Under the pieces are notes generated by a model. That model worked only from the letters and a program-made list of their open reading frames with translations, ran no database searches and was not told the origin of the DNA. A stretch of 64,000 bases of DNA from a virus (lineage: Duplodnaviria; Heunggongvirae; Uroviricota; Caudoviricetes). The DNA lies in the IMG/VR virus record IMGVR_UViG_3300019378_000003. One strand, written 5' to 3'. This document shows, piece by piece, positions 20,701-35,798 of this stretch. Numbering within the stretch: position 1 is the first letter of the stretch; each line of letters starts with the position of its first letter. A program made the position numbers and the translations under genes.

Positions 20701-23700
20701 AGTTATAATGATTTATACGCAACTTATTTAGAAACTGGCGAAGGACAAGAAGAACTTGCTGCGAGCGCAAGAGCATTAGCGGATGCTTATGGATTAGTTG
20801 GCGCGAATGTATTAATCGCAAGCGGTAATTTTAAAGAGTTTAATAATTAGCTTGCTTAGCATATGGGTTTTGATCAAGAATTAAGTTATTATCGTAGACA
20901 AAAAAATACTTTAATCGGTGCTTTTGCTGATAATAGTAAAAATTCAGTTTATTAGATGAATGATTCTAATATCATGGAATTTGAAGGAGAACTAAGTCCA
21001 ACATATTCAGGACCAATGGTTGGTAGTTCTTTATATACTAGCGTGCCGAGTGAAACAGATCCATAGGTAGAACGTACTGTAGCTACGGGAGTTACTTCAT
21101 ATTATGATGCTGCGCAATAGGCTTTGGCTCTTGATCCATCTTTATTTTTAACATATGAAGGTCCTACTTCACAAGTTAAACAATATTATTCTCCTTTGGG
21201 CTGGTCGGCGAGAAATAAAAATCCCACAGGAAGACGTGTAAGTGCTGAACAGGCAGGAAATATTTATGGCTATTATGATACAATGTTTGCAGGCAATAAA
21301 GATTATGCTGATGAAGCTTTTATCGCTGTAATGAATCAAGCGCGAGACAAAGAAGGAAATCCGCTTAATATAGACTGGTAGAGTATTATTGATACAGCAT
21401 GGAATAATGATCAAGATATAGGAGAAGCTATCACAGCAGCATTAATAGAACAAAATCCTGATTGGGAAAGTGTAATATAGCTAAGCGCTTTTGAGTATGT
21501 TGATGATGGATTATCTTATGGAAGCGTTAATACAGAATTAGCTGATGTAGTAAATAAATGGAATACTAAATTTACTGACGCTTTTTTTGGTGAAAATGGT
21601 TTATTCGGACAAACAGATTATTTGCACGAAGTTCTAGGAGAAGATTTGTCGTTAGATTGGTCTTCTTTAACTGGAGAAGAAAAAGTTAAAAAATTTACAC
21701 AAATCGCGGATTCAATTGATGCTATTGATGTTGAACTGGAAGACGTAAAGCTTAAAATGAGTGAATATGACGAAAACAGTCCTGAGTATATGATGCTTGA
21801 AGATTATTATAATTATTTGCAAGGTGTATAGACTACTTTTAAAGATATTATTAATTATGATGATTATATAGCTGACGGTTCGACAGTAGCAGAAGCTATT
21901 GCCGAGATCGAAGAAGTTGAATCAATGGAAGCAAAAATTATAGCATTAAAAGCTTCTATGGGACAGTTTATGGGTCAATCAGAAGACACCATGGGATTTA
22001 ATGCATTTTTTGATGGGGTAAATAGAATGGAAGATGCTATTGATTCAACAGCGGCGTCATATGAAGAATTACAATAGTATTTAGAACAAGAAAACGGACA
22101 ATTTGTCAAAGATGCTGAAGGTAATTATAAAATATAGGCTGGAATGGAAAAAGAGTATGCTGCAGCACGAAGCAAATTAGCATCATAGTTATTATTAGAT
22201 TACACTGCATTTGATGATTATGTTTATATGTATCAAGATTTGATATCTTTATTTGATAATCAAAATGAAATTGATATTGCGGCGAATTTTTTAGATATTT
22301 TTGATATTAATTCAGTAGAAGAAGTTGACACTGCTTTTTATTATGAATTATAGCAATTCATTCAGAGAGATGCAGAAATGGCAAAGGGTATGTTGACAGC
22401 ATATCAAAATCAAAGATAGATATGGCTTAATTAGGGTTTTAATAATGACGAAATTTAGGAAAAAACACAATAGTGGTTTGATGATATTGGTGAAGAAGTA
22501 TTAGGTAAAATGATAATAGCAAATCAAGACACAGCCGCTTTTAATGCAGCAAATAAAATGAGCAATTCTGCACAAACTTGGGCTAAAGAGTTTAAAGACA
22601 ACGACGGAGAAATGTCAATTGATGAAGCAACAGATATGTACAAATAGTATGCTGAATATCAAAAAGAATTTGAGGAACACGACTTAGGTGTAATTAAATC
22701 TTGGGATGAATTTGTTGCGATGGATTATACCGAACGAGCCGCATATTTAGCAACATTAGCAGAACAATCTGAAGATAATGCTGAGCGATTAGCAGAAATA
22801 GCATTAGCTTCTGCTAGCGATGTTCGTGCGGCGTGGGAAGCGGAACATGGATATAATAGAGATTCATTTGAAACATTTCGCACAGGATATAATCAATATG
22901 CCGCAGCAGTAGCTGAAGATGGCTATAATGTAACATATGATACTGTTGATGGAAATACTGTTGCAGTAGTAAAAGATACAGATGGTCATATTATTGATGA
23001 AGATACCTTCCGTCAAAATACTGGATATACTTTTAGTGATGCAATTCAATATTAGGGAGCTTCTTCTTTAATTGCTGCAGGTAGTCAAGTTTATCTTGAG
23101 GAAGATAATGCTATAGCGACAGTTGAAGCTTTAAAATTAGTTTCTGATGGTGTTCTTACTGCGGAGGAAAAAATGACTGCAGCTTCTGACGCAGTTGCAG
23201 CTTTATCCAAAGGCTTAGAACATTTTAATGAGACAGGTCAAATTAGTGTTGAAGTATTTAAAACATTAGGCAAACTGGGAATTCAGGTTAATAAAGATGA
23301 TATAAAAAATATTCAAGATTTTATTAAATTGATGAATCAGGCGCGTTAGAAAGGTCAATAGGCTGTTGATAGTCAAATTGCTGAATATAATAAATCTTAT
23401 GCATAGCAATATGGTGCTTTTAATGTAAATTAGACTTGGGATATGTCTTTAGTTGAGACAAATGCAAACTATAAAGCACGTTATGATGCTTGGGCAAAAA
23501 TTATGGATTTAATGACTCAAGTAGAAGGTATAGATGCTGAAATTAATAATGCTAATGCTCAAATAACACAATAGCAAATTGATTTATTTGATGCATAGAT
23601 GGCATCTTTACAATAGTCTAGAGATGAATTACAAAAAACTGCAGAAGCGATGAAAGAAGCTGCGGATATTTTATCGGGTGCTATTGAAGATGGTTCTTTG

Positions 23701-26700
23701 TCTTTTGCTGATTAGGTTAAATTAGATGCAGCTGGAATTGCTGCATGGGAAGAAGGCGCTACTTATGCTGAAAGGATTGAAGCTGCTGCATTTGGTGCTG
23801 CAAAAGCAACTAATTAGGCGATGACAAATCAATTAGATTTAAATACTGCTATTGATTAGGCTGAATCATTATTTAATATTTATACTAATTTAACTAGTGG
23901 AAACATAACTTTAAAAGATAGTTCATTATTTGATTCTTCTGATAGTCTTATTTCTTGGTTAATGGATCCTCAATTTGATGCATCAGGTTTAAGCGATGGA
24001 GCAAAAAATGCGATTATTGAAGCAGATAAAATTGTTCGATAGACTTTAGATGTAAATACAGCGACTACAGGACAATATTGGAAAGCGATGCAAGATTAGC
24101 TTAAGATTATGGACCAAGAAGGAGCAGAAGCTTTAGCTTTAATTATGGCTGAAGGTAAAGACAGTATTGTTTCTTTATATAGTGAATTAGGATAGCATGA
24201 AGCAGATTTGGCAAATCAATTTGTTGAAGATTGGATGAATGCATTTTAGACTGTCGCTGATATGCGTAAATCTATTTTAATGGGTGAAGATATTAGTGAT
24301 GATTTAACTTCTAGCTTTGATAATTTTAATCAAATTGCAAATCAATATTCGGGCGGTGGTGCGGCTCTTGTAGCAGACCAATTAAGTGGTAATTTAGATT
24401 TAGCTAAATTAACTCTTCCCGATCCAGATAAAATGGTTGAAGGTATTCGTGATGCTCGCGGTCTTGGTAAAAATGATACTATTTTTACTACAGATTCTTA
24501 TGGCACAAAACATGCATCTACTTGGTGGGAAGATATTGGTGCACGAATGGGTATGGACCGTAATGCAACCAAAGCAGATGGTACGGCCATGTATGCAGAA
24601 GGTGCAGACGGTGATGCGGAATACGTAAAGGCAGTACAAGAAAGAATCACTCCATAGTTAGAGACTTTACTTAAAGGTTATGATTTAACTGGTACAGATT
24701 TTGAGACTATTGGTGATGTTATTTTAGGATATTTTGCAGGAGCGCCAGAAGCAATTGCTATATTAAATGATGCTGCGAATAAAACTTATGAAAATTCAGA
24801 AGCTTATGGTGAATATCTTGAAAAGGAAAATATTTTAAGAGAAGCAGAAGCAGCATATTAGACAGAGGTTGAAGAACAACAAAAAATTCAAGATGAAGCT
24901 CTTGGCTTTGCAGATGCAACAGAAGCTATTCATGCTTTAGCTCCAGAGGATCGTGATGCGGCTAGTATTGCATCTATTTTAGAATAGCAAGGTATTACTT
25001 AGGATGATTATATTGCTGCTCTTCAAGAAAAAGGTTATGATGTTTCTAGTTTAGAAGATATCGCAGGATTGAGTAATGATGCATTATTAGGTGCGGAAGA
25101 TGCTTTTTAGACTGATGCTACTGAAGCAGGTGCTATTATTATTTCTGCTGGCGAAGCTTTTAAAGCAATTGTAACCGGAGAGGGAGCATTAGGTGAAGAT
25201 GGTACTGGTATTACTCTTGGCGATACAACTTTTACAGAAGGTGCTGGATTCGCTGAAACTAGTGATGCAGTATAGCCAATGATGGAAACTGTTACCGAAA
25301 ATACTGAAGCACAAACTGTTTTAGCAGAAGGAATTTCAACAGTTGATCCTAGAGAAGATTGGGAAACTGAAATGGGACATTTTGGTTTAGATGCTAAAGA
25401 AGTAGATGAACTGGGTGATTCAATTCAAAAAATGGCTAAAGAATCTGAATTGCTTGGAGATAATTTAGAGACTGATGCTGAAGCAGCGGATAAAGTCGCA
25501 AAAACTTTTAAGCGTTATAATAAAGCTGTTGATCAAGTTGCAGATAGTTATGATGATTGGAAGAAGGCTTTAAAAGGTAATAATATTGATGAATAGGCTA
25601 AAGCATTAAAAGAAATGGATAAAGCTTTTTCAGATATGCTTGATTTAGATTATGATAGCTTATCAGATGATTTTGTCCAAAATGCAGAAAATCTAGAATT
25701 AATGAAAGAAGCTGCAGAAGGCAATGAAGAAGCTTTTGATTAGTTGCAAGCAAAAGCAGCGGCAGATTTTATTATTGAAGGACAAGTTCAAACAGAATTT
25801 GATCAAGAATCATTTGATGCTGCGGCCATGGAATTGGCAACTGCTTATGATGATTTGCCAATTGGAGAACCAATTACACTTGGTGAAAACACTAATGTAA
25901 GCCCTGCTTTCTGGGCAGCGTGCGAACAAATTTTACAAGGTTTTGCAGCAACTGCAGCGGGTGCAGCGCAAGCAGAATAGGCTTTTGCTTCTCTGGGATA
26001 TGACGCAGAAGTAGAAGTTGTTCCACAAGAAACTCCTGGATATTCTATTTCTTATCCAGTATTTACACAAGGTCCTTCTGTTGATGTTGGTGGTCCTGGG
26101 CAAACTATGGCTACGGTTGAAGCTTCTACTGCTACTATTGACGTTCCTGGTTATACGCAAAATGTTTTAGCTATTAAATCTATTACCCCAAATGGCGCAG
26201 GCTTTGGCGGAAATGTCAGAGGCGGCGGTGGAGGAGGAGGTGGAGGTGGAGGAGGAGGCTCCAAAAAGTCCACTCATGATAAACGTAAAGCTCCAGAACG
26301 GTATCATGAAAATACTAAAAATTATGATCGAATTTCTGAAGCACTTGAAAAAGTAAATAAAGCTAAAGATAGAGCTTTTGGTAAATCTTATCTTAAAAAT
26401 CTCGAGAAAGAAAGAGAATTATTAAATGCTCAAGTAAACCTCCTTAAACAAAAAGAAGATGAAATTCAAAATTATTATGATGAAGATTTAACTAATCTTC
26501 AAAATGAACTTAATGCTTTAATGGGTGTATTAGGTGGAGAAAATATTGCATTAGATATTGATCCTAATACTTTAAATATTAATAACTGGGAAGAAATTGA
26601 AGCTAAAATTACTGAATTATATAATAAAAAAGCTGATTTAAAAATGTCTGATGAAGAATGGGAAAAAATTACAGAGCAATTAGAAAAATATGAAGAAATG

Positions 26701-29175
26701 AGAGATCAATACGAAGAGACTGTTGCTCTTCTTGCTGAGAACGGTTTAACTATTGAAGATCTTTTAAATCAAATGTCCGAGCTTGCTCTTGAAGAAATTA
26801 CTTATAAAGTTGAATATCAAGTTGAATTAAATGACGCAGATTTAGAACTTCTTGAATATTATCAGGAAGTTTTTGAAGATGACTTAGGAAGCGCAAGTGA
26901 ATTAATGGCCAATCTTTCTAATTAGGCAGGAATTGCTCAAAGTAATTTAAGCATTTTGGAAACTGGATTAAACGAGCTTAATGCGGCTTATGCAGCTGGT
27001 GAAATTAATGCAGCAGATTATCAAGAAGGTATTGCAGATATTAATAGTCAAATGATAGATTAGTTAAGTGAATTGCATGATATTCAAGATGAAATTGCAG
27101 AATTGTATGCTGATACTCTGGATATGGCTCAAGATGAAATGGATGCTCATTTAGACCATTTAGATCATATTGCAGATGTTATGGAGCATTATGCAGAAAT
27201 TTTCGATTTAATGGGTCAAGGTACAGGTCGAGCTTATAAGAATTCTTTGATGGATATTTAGATTGCCGCGAATAAAGAATCATTAACTGCATAGTCAGAT
27301 TTGTTTAATGAATTACTTGAACGCAAAAAAGAATTTGAAGCAAATATAGATGAAAATGGTAATTTCTCCACAGAACTTGAATAGCAACAATATGAAGCAT
27401 TACTTGAAACCTTAACAGAAGTTCATGGCAATATGATGGATGCTGTTGCAGAAGGCATGGATCTTCTTGCTGCAAAATATGAAAATACTATTGAAAAGAT
27501 TTTTGAAGATTTTGAAGAAAGAATGCTTGGTGCCAATCAGTCAATAGCTGATGTGGCAGATAAGTATGAATACTATCAAGAAACTCAAAATCGTCAATTA
27601 AGTGCGGCGCAAGAACTTTATGAAATGTCTAAATTAAATCGTTAGATAGAGCAATCTATTGAAGATAGTACCACCAAAGCTAATAAATAGATCCTTAAAG
27701 ATTTACAAGCTCAAATTAATGCAAGAGCAGAATTGAAAGATATGACTGAATATGATATTGAAATGATGAACTTACAATATCAATTAGTATTAAAACAAAT
27801 GGCTCTTGAAGATGCTCAAAATGCAAAGAGTGTAGTAAGACTTACTCGCGATAATGATGGTAATTATGCTTATCAGTATACTGCTGATGATGAAAAAGTT
27901 GCTTCTGCATATCAAGAATATGAAGATGTATTACAACAAATTAATGATCTTGCTTCTGGACGAGTTGGAGAACTTGAATAGGCAATGTTGGATGCACAGC
28001 AAGAATATGCTGATGCCGCAAAAGAAATTGCTTTGGATATGACTTTAACTGAAACCGAGCGTCAAGCAAAATTAGAAGAATTGGCTAAGAGATATGAAGA
28101 AACTTTACTTTATATCCAAGAAGAATATGGCTACGCTACGAGCGATTTAAAGAATAATTTGGCAACTACTTCAGATTGGTATAATACTACTCTGATAGAA
28201 GACAGTAATGCTGCGCAAGAACAAGTAGCAGATATGATTAAAAATGCTGAAACTTGGGCACAAGAATATGCTAATATGTTAACTGGTGAAAATGGTTCTG
28301 TTCTAAGCACTTGGAAAGATTATGCTGATGCTATTGCTACAATGTCTGAATTTATGGAAACTGCCTTAACAGAAGAAGGTATGAATAATTATCAAGCTGC
28401 CGCAGAGGCTGCAGGTCAAGCTGCCGCGGATGTAGTAACTATGCTTGGTGATGAATTAACAGATATTAATGCTGTAACACAAGCTTGGAAAGACTAGGCT
28501 GCTGCGATGGACGAAGCAATTAAACGTTATGAAACTTTGGCCGCAAAGATGAATGATGTTATGCGCATGCTTGCTGAATTGGAAGAGGCTAAAGGGCCTG
28601 CATTAGGAGATGCTTCTAGTAATACTTCTGATGATGGTAAAGATGTTTCTTTCGCTGATCCTGAAATTCTTGCAGCAGTATTTGGAGAAGAACTTGCTTC
28701 TCAATATACTGAAGGCAAAATTACTTAGGATTAGTTACTTGCAGAAATTATTGGCACAGTAGATAAAACGCAAGTTCAATGGGATGATTTAGAAGATGCC
28801 ATGTAGGTATTGTGGGAATATCAATTAGACAAAGATAAAGATGAAACTAATGAAGAATATAAAAAAGCAAAAGAATTAATTGATGCCACTGGATTGAATT
28901 TAGAAGAAATTTGGGCATAGCTTGAAGCGCAAACGTAGGCTGAAATGGCGAGTATGTCTTCTTGGGCTATGGCATAGACTTTGATTAAAGATTCTACAGT
29001 TAATTATAATACTACTTAGAATATTACAATGACAAATGAATTCCCGAACGTTGAAAGTATAGAAGATATTAAATAGGCATTTGAAGAATTATTCTTATAT
29101 GCTTCTTAGTATGTTGATAGCGATAAAGCTAAAAAAACTTCTGCTAGTGGCGGAGGTGGAGGAGGAGGGCATTAA
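17788..29175 (+). CDS. Tail tape measure protein, 3795 aa. About 100 in-frame TAG, all in one frame.
   Basis: Sixteen track ORFs from 18139 to 28728 all share frame 1. The checked junctions contain only TAG. The gene starts at AGAAAGGAG plus ATG 17788 and ends at TAA 29173-29175 inside a terminator hairpin. The N-terminal ~400 aa match the TP901-family tape-measure core (...GKSVEEMARFTDQARAAARELSTT...SIGTSFKTIFARIGDL...). A hydrophobic segment lies at 20446-20560. A Gly13 run lies at 26218-26260. Confidence 0.8.
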
Positions 29176-29190
29176 GCCCTCCTTTTTTTT
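29164..29190 (+). terminator. Rho-independent terminator containing the tape-measure stop codon.
   Basis: GGAGGGC-attaa-GCCCTCC hairpin followed by T8. Confidence 0.7.
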
Positions 29191-29266
29191 ATTGGGTAAT
29201 AACCTATAATTTATTTTAGATAATCTTTACGAAAATTAGAGTTATTGAGTAAAAGGAGATGAAATT

Positions 29267-32200
29267 GTGAATAAAGATACTATAAAATCTGCAGTTTTAG
29301 ATAGTATAGCATTAGTTGCCAATAAAACGGCATCTAATCTTGCTTTTGATAAAACAATAGAATGCAGAGTAGTTAGTGTCGAAAAAAAAGAATTTGGCAT
29401 TTACATGGTTGAATCTGATGAAGCTAAATTCGAAGCATATGCAACTGGCACTAATACTTATTATGCAAATGATATAGTTTATGTCACAATTCCAGGTGGA
29501 GATTTTAAACGACAAAAATTTATTATAGGTCGTAAAACTGATGAAAATGATGCAAGTTCAGTTTATAATTTGAAATTTCCATTTGATGATTTTATTAAAC
29601 TAACACAAATTGATTTAACTACTATTGAAGAAGCGAAAGCTTTAGCAGAATTAAATTATAATAATACTGTTGATAATATTAATAGTAAATCTCATATTAT
29701 GGATTTTGGCTAGGCTCAAGAAGCATTAAAAAAAGCAGAAGAAGACTATAAGGCTTAGCTAGAATATATTGATAAAACGTATGAAGTACAATCTCCTGTA
29801 GATACTGGTTTTTTGGCGAATTATAGTCAAGATAATAATATTCATATTTATGGAGTAAATTTTGTACAACCTATTGTAGGAATGTCTAAACTTGGTATTG
29901 AATTAGAAGTATAGACATTGTTAGGAGATTTCCATCCTATTAATGGTTTATATGGATTATAGATTGATGTACATGGTATTATAGGTCCTACAGAAGAAGT
30001 GGAATCTTATGAACTTACTGAATCTTTTTTATTTTCTAATAAAGATATGTATGGTAATTCATATGCATATTATAATCCTTATATTCAGTAGAAAGTATTA
30101 GATATTTCTAATTTTAAAGAAGTTCATTCTGTAAATATTTTCTTTGTATAGGATTGCATGTTTTATGATGAAGAAGGTAAATTAATCCCTTATGAAAAAG
30201 ATGAAATTGATGAAGTTACAGGAGAACATGAGAGAGGTTTCTTACCGAAAAATATTTTCTTAACTAATTTTAAGGCTTATTTTGGTTTAGCTGGTTCAGA
30301 ACTTAATGAAGAAAAATTATATCTTTATACTTATGATCCATTATGGTTTAATAAAGATAGTGAAGGATATAATGAAAAAACTTTACGTTTTCAGTGGGTT
30401 CATATTAAAGACGATAAGAGCGGCACTATATTGTTTAGTAAACCAGAAGATATTGATACTTTTAATAATGCATTAAGAAAAGAAATTTTCGGTGAAAATA
30501 ATGATCATCCAACTAATGAGCAATTAATTGCTTATGAGAATAGAAAATTATAGATTTGTTGGTATATTGAAGATTTAGATGAAATTGCTTCAGCGGATGA
30601 AATAGCTGAGAGTTTAGGTTCTTTATATGCTGGCAATAGATGGAAAGTAATTACTGATAATAAGGCTGAAGCTTTAGATGAATATGGCAATCCAAAAGTT
30701 GGTTATTATTATGATAGTGGTTTCCCTAAAGGCTCTAATTCTTCAGTCTTTGAATATAGTATTAATTTTAATAATTTTAATCGCGACGAAAAAAATCCCA
30801 CGATTTATACATATGCAAGATGTAAATATAAAGTAGCAGTTATTTTTGGTACTAATAAATATTTTTCATCTGAATTAACTTTCAAAAATTTTGCATCTTT
30901 AAATGGAACGGTTGAAGAGGGGCATACTGAAAATGCCGATATTATTTTTAGATGTTTTTCTGGTAGACGCTCTGAAGATGGTAAATATACAATTGAATGG
31001 GACGATAATTCTTCTATTGGTCGTTTTTATGTTTATGACGAAAATGACAATATTTTAATGGACAGTGATGGAAGACGTTTTTCTGACATTACTTATTATA
31101 TGCAACTTTGGCATAGAGATCCAGATTATCCGCAGAATTATATTCCATTAATGTATGAAAAATATGATAATTCTGAAGATGCTGAAGATGGACATCAAAT
31201 TACTAATATTAATTTTACTACAAAATGGTCTTTCTTTGATAATAGTACAATGTTGCGCAGTAGCAATACTCCTAATCTTACCGACGAAGAAGTTTAGGCT
31301 TTTGTTGAATTGCTCGGAATGCCAAATGTTGTAAAGAAAGAAGTTACCACTGAAAACGGTACTGAATTAATAATAGATTTTGATGACCCAGATATTAAAG
31401 CTTTACGAGAAATTACTCGAAGTTTTACGATTGAAGATCATTTATATTCTTATAAAAAGAATAATGAAGTAGTAGCAATTGTAGACAAAAATCATCAAAA
31501 ATATTATGCGCATAAAGATTTTCAGTTTGGTCGAGCAAATTCTCAAGGTACTGAATATACAGCTACAATTGTTTTGAAAAAAGTCGGCAATATTGAAGGT
31601 GCTGATACACAATTAGTTTCTGGAAAAAGATTTAGCTTAGAATGTTAGATTTATGACAAAGATCATAAATTAGCTAGATTTGACCATGAGATACAATACG
31701 ATTGGCAATTATTGAATGAAGAACAATGTTATATTAAAGTCGATAATAATAATGCTGGAGCTATTTATTCAGGTACTTGGTATAATTTTAAAGAAGACAA
31801 AAAAACACCAAATGCGGCACCTGCTTTTAAAGTAACAATTAAGAAAGCAGGAGAGCATGATATTTATGCAAAACGTGGTTTCTTGGCAGGACCTGAAAAA
31901 CTTAATAATGTTCCATATGTCGCTATTATACCAGAGCGAGTAGAATATCGATCTGACGGCAGTCATCCTTATTATTATAATAACTGGTTCACTGTTTATG
32001 AAGCAGGAACCAATAAACAATTATATACTGATTGGACTATCAATAAGGATTTAAGCACTCCACATAGTTATATTACTCAAAAGGACGATAAATTAGTTGT
32101 AGTTCATACTGATATTATACCAGATGGAGCGATAATTCCAAAACATATTCCTGCAAAAACAGTTACTGAAAATAATGAAGAAGATACTGAAATTTCAGCA

Positions 32201-35200
32201 GAACATAATGATTATAAATTTGAAATGCAAGAATGGGGCAGTATTGGATTCTTGTGGGATAACCGTTTTGAAAATACAGTTTTATAGCTAGAAGGTAATT
32301 GTAAAGGATAGGTAATACGGCAAGCAATTGTCTTTGATTAGAATGTATATCCTTCATCTCTTGTTAATACTTGGGATGGAGTTGCTCTTTCTGTTGATGA
32401 AGCTACTGGCTCTATTTTAGCAAATCGTATTGCGACAGGTACTAAAGATAATAGCGGTAGATTTACTGGTATTATGATGGGTGATTGGTCAGCATATGGT
32501 GATGAGTCTGTTGATATTGCTGGTATTTATGGTTTTGAAAATGGTCAAGAGACTTTTGGATTTTTGAAAGATGGTTCTGGATTTATTGGTGCTGCTGGCG
32601 CAGGTTAGATTCGATTTGATGGCCGAAATGCCATGATTGCCAGCGCATTAAAAAATGAATTTGGAACTCCCTCTTGTTATATTAATCTTAATCCTGCTAG
32701 AGTTGGTAATCCTAATTCTGTTTTAAATAGTGATAGTCAATATTTCTTATATTGTGAAACTGATAGAGCAAAAGATGCAGAAGTGGGATTAGATTAGTCT
32801 TGGGTTAATAAATTTTTTAAGAAAAAACGCAAAGTCGATGCTGATGGTAATTATATTACAGATGAATTTGATCAGTATGTTTACGAAGAAAATGATAAAG
32901 ATTATTTCATTGTTGACCCTACTCGTGGTGTATTAACTACTGGTGGTATTATTGCCAGATACGGTTATATTGGTGACTGGCTTATTGATAAAGGTGGTTT
33001 ATCATGGTATTCAGAATAGGGCTTGACAAAAGAAAATTTTTATGATACAATATATTTTGGAAATTGGACTAGAAATCCTTATTGTATTATGTATCGTGAA
33101 GAATACGAAAAAGAAAAAGAAGATACTTATAAATCAATAAAAAATACTTATGATAAAAAACGAGAAGAATTAACTAAATAGTATGAAGAAGATTTAAAGA
33201 AAATTAAAATGACTGGTACAATTAAAGATGCTTAGGAGCTAGAAAAATAGTATAAAAAATCTTTAGATGAATTAAATACAGAAGAGAATAATGAGTAGAG
33301 TGCTGCATTAGAAGCTTTTACTAAAGAGAGTAAATATCAACAATATTTAATGTCTGCTGGACGATTAAATTAGAATCGATTTAATTATGCTAATAAAGGT
33401 GTAATGAATTTTGGTGTAACTGCAGATGGATATTTATTTAGCCAGTCTGGTCGCATCGGTGGTTGGATTATTGGTGCAGACACTTTAACTTCTGCTAAAA
33501 CAAGTGAAATTGTTGATGATTAGGGAAATATTATATCTGTTCCTGCGGTTGAATTGAATGGTGTTGAAGGAACCGCGACATTTGGAGTTATTAACTCTGC
33601 AGGTCAAATGCAAGGTCAAGTTAATTTGGCGGGCTATTAGATGATTGGATAGAGTGATAATACTTCTTATGCTAATTTATTAAGTACTACCTCTATTAGA
33701 ACCTTAGATAATAGCAAAGCAGATTCTTTTAACTTTAAAATGACGTTAATTAGTAACGGTAATGTAGATGAAGATTAGTTTGTAATTTCTGAGAAATATG
33801 CTGTTACAGCCGTAGAATATTAGTATGGAGAAAGTGATAACGAAACTATTTCTCCTACAGCTTGGGTTTAGGATTATATTGGAAACTCATTAAATAATAT
33901 TGCAGTAAGAGGAAATCCTAAAAAATTCTTATGGGTGAAACAAATTTTTACGATATAGCCTATGGAAGGAAAATCTTTTCCGTTAGAAACTGATGCAATT
34001 TGTCTTGGAGAAAAAGTTAATGAAGAAATTTATTATAATGGGAAAGTAGAGCAATGTTATTTAAAATTAAAAGCTATTGAAATGTAGTATAATATTGTTG
34101 CAGAAAATGAATCGATTGATGTAAATTCTACTTCTTGGAAAACAATTGATGAACTTAAAAATAAAGATGAGAAAATTGCAATCACTAAAACAACACCAAA
34201 AATTATTACTAAATTAATTATATCATCTGTAGAGCATACTGTTGTCGATGAATCTAGTAAAGAACAATCTAAATTAGATTTTACTTATAATATTGGCATT
34301 ACAAGTGCAACATTTGAATTATTTAATACTGATAATGCTTCTGGAAATATTGGCAAAACAGAGGATATTGCAATAAAGGGTGACACTTCAACTTTATCAG
34401 GAGAGACAGGACAAACTTTTCAAATAGGACATTTTATGGCCAATAGTAAAGTAAAATTTGAATAGTTACACACTTGGTCTCTTCTTGAAGAACAAAAAGG
34501 TTATTCATTAGGAATGTCCTTACAAACAGGAGAAGGAAATTCTTATATTGTTAAAACTGATGAATCCACTGGCGACACTACGGAAGAATATAATACAACT
34601 AAATTTTATATTTTCCTTGCTCCAACAATGGCACGATTAGCGAATAGATTTGCTTCACTTGGCACATATGCAAATCCATGGGATTATATATATGCTGGTA
34701 CCTCAATATTTATTAATGGCGATGCAGCTGCAACTTAGCGATGGGCAGAAGATAATATTAGATAGCCTTTGTGGAATAAAATTGTTGCAGTAAACAATTT
34801 GGCATCTACAGCTTATAAGAAAGCAAAAGACGCTGCGAGCAGAGCTCATTAGGCGGCAAACACTGCAAATGAAGCATTGAAATAGACTTTTGTTAGTGCT
34901 AAATTTAATATGACTGGCGGAGGATATGGAAAACAATTAGTATTAATTCGAAAAAATGGAGCGACTTTAACCCTCGCTCCTGTCGCATCGCTTATACATA
35001 AACATACTCCCACTGTAACATGTTCTGAATCTAATGGCGAGATTACAATTAAAGTTTCTTTAAGCAATACTTCAATGAATGGTGAGGGCTCTGATTCTTT
35101 TAATATGGCCAGTACCGCTTTTTTCAGGAAACATGCATATGCTTCAGGAGGTAAACTTGATAAAGGCGGTCTCAATGGAGGATATACTGAAAGATATCGT

Positions 35201-35383
35201 AATATTACTGTTTCTGCGATACTGGCCGAAGATGGAACTACATTGGTTGAAAAATAGACTTATGATTGCCCAGATTATGGTAATGGATATAATAAAGGTT
35301 ATGAGACAGGCTACGAAGCAGGAAAAAAAGCTGGCTATAGTTTAGGGTATTCCGATGGACTCGCTGATGCTCGCGGAGCTTAA
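29267..35383 (+). CDS. Giant tail/baseplate protein, 2038 aa, many in-frame TAG.
   Basis: GGAG then GTG 29267. Track ORFs 29267, 30158, 31058, 31310, 31712, 34514 and 34910 are all frame 2. I translated 32288-33070 by hand and found TAG only, no TAA or TGA. The gene ends at TAA 35381-35383. Confidence 0.6.
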
Positions 35384-35410
35384 TAATATATTATAAAGGA
35401 GAAAAAGGAT

Positions 35411-35797
35411 ATGACTTTAACTTATATGCAACTTTCATCTATTCTTGAGGCTCTTAAAGAGCTTCAAGAAATGAAGATGTCATTTAAACTTAGTTTAATT
35501 ATTGCTAAGAATATTGAAATGCTTGAAAAAGAAGAAGAATTTTATATTCGTCAAGAGCAAGAATTTGCAACGAAATATTTGCAGAAAGATGAACAAGGAA
35601 ATTTTATTCAAAGTTCTGCGAATACTTTTCAAATTATTCCAGAATTACTAGATGAATGCATGGAAGCTCGTAAAGAACTTGACAGTTTTACAGTAGATGT
35701 AAATTTGCATTTAATTCCAGTAAGTTTAATTGAGAATATGGATTTTACTCCTGCTCAAGTGAAAGGATTAACTTTAATTATTAACGAGGAGGAATAA
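35411..35797 (+). CDS. Small acidic hypothetical protein, 128 aa, no TAG.
   Basis: AAAGGAG then ATG 35411, ending at TAA. Confidence 0.4.
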   Translation: MTLTYMQLSSILEALKELQEMKMSFKLSLIIAKNIEMLEKEEEFYIRQEQEFATKYLQKDEQGNFIQSSANTFQIIPELLDECMEARKELDSFTVDVNLHLIPVSLIENMDFTPAQVKGLTLIINEEE

Positions 35798-35798
35798 T

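Noticed and set aside
26218-26262. A GGN-codon repeat (ggcggcggtggaggaggaggtgga...) as a possible CRISPR or tandem-repeat element.
   Set aside because: It is in frame inside the tape-measure gene and encodes a Gly13 linker. There is no repeat-spacer architecture anywhere in the window.
33023-33051. A third TTGACA-N17-TACAAT promoter-like match.
   Set aside because: It lies in frame inside the 2038-aa gene with no downstream RBS or start. It is likely a chance match in AT-rich coding sequence, and I mention it only under the promoter finding.
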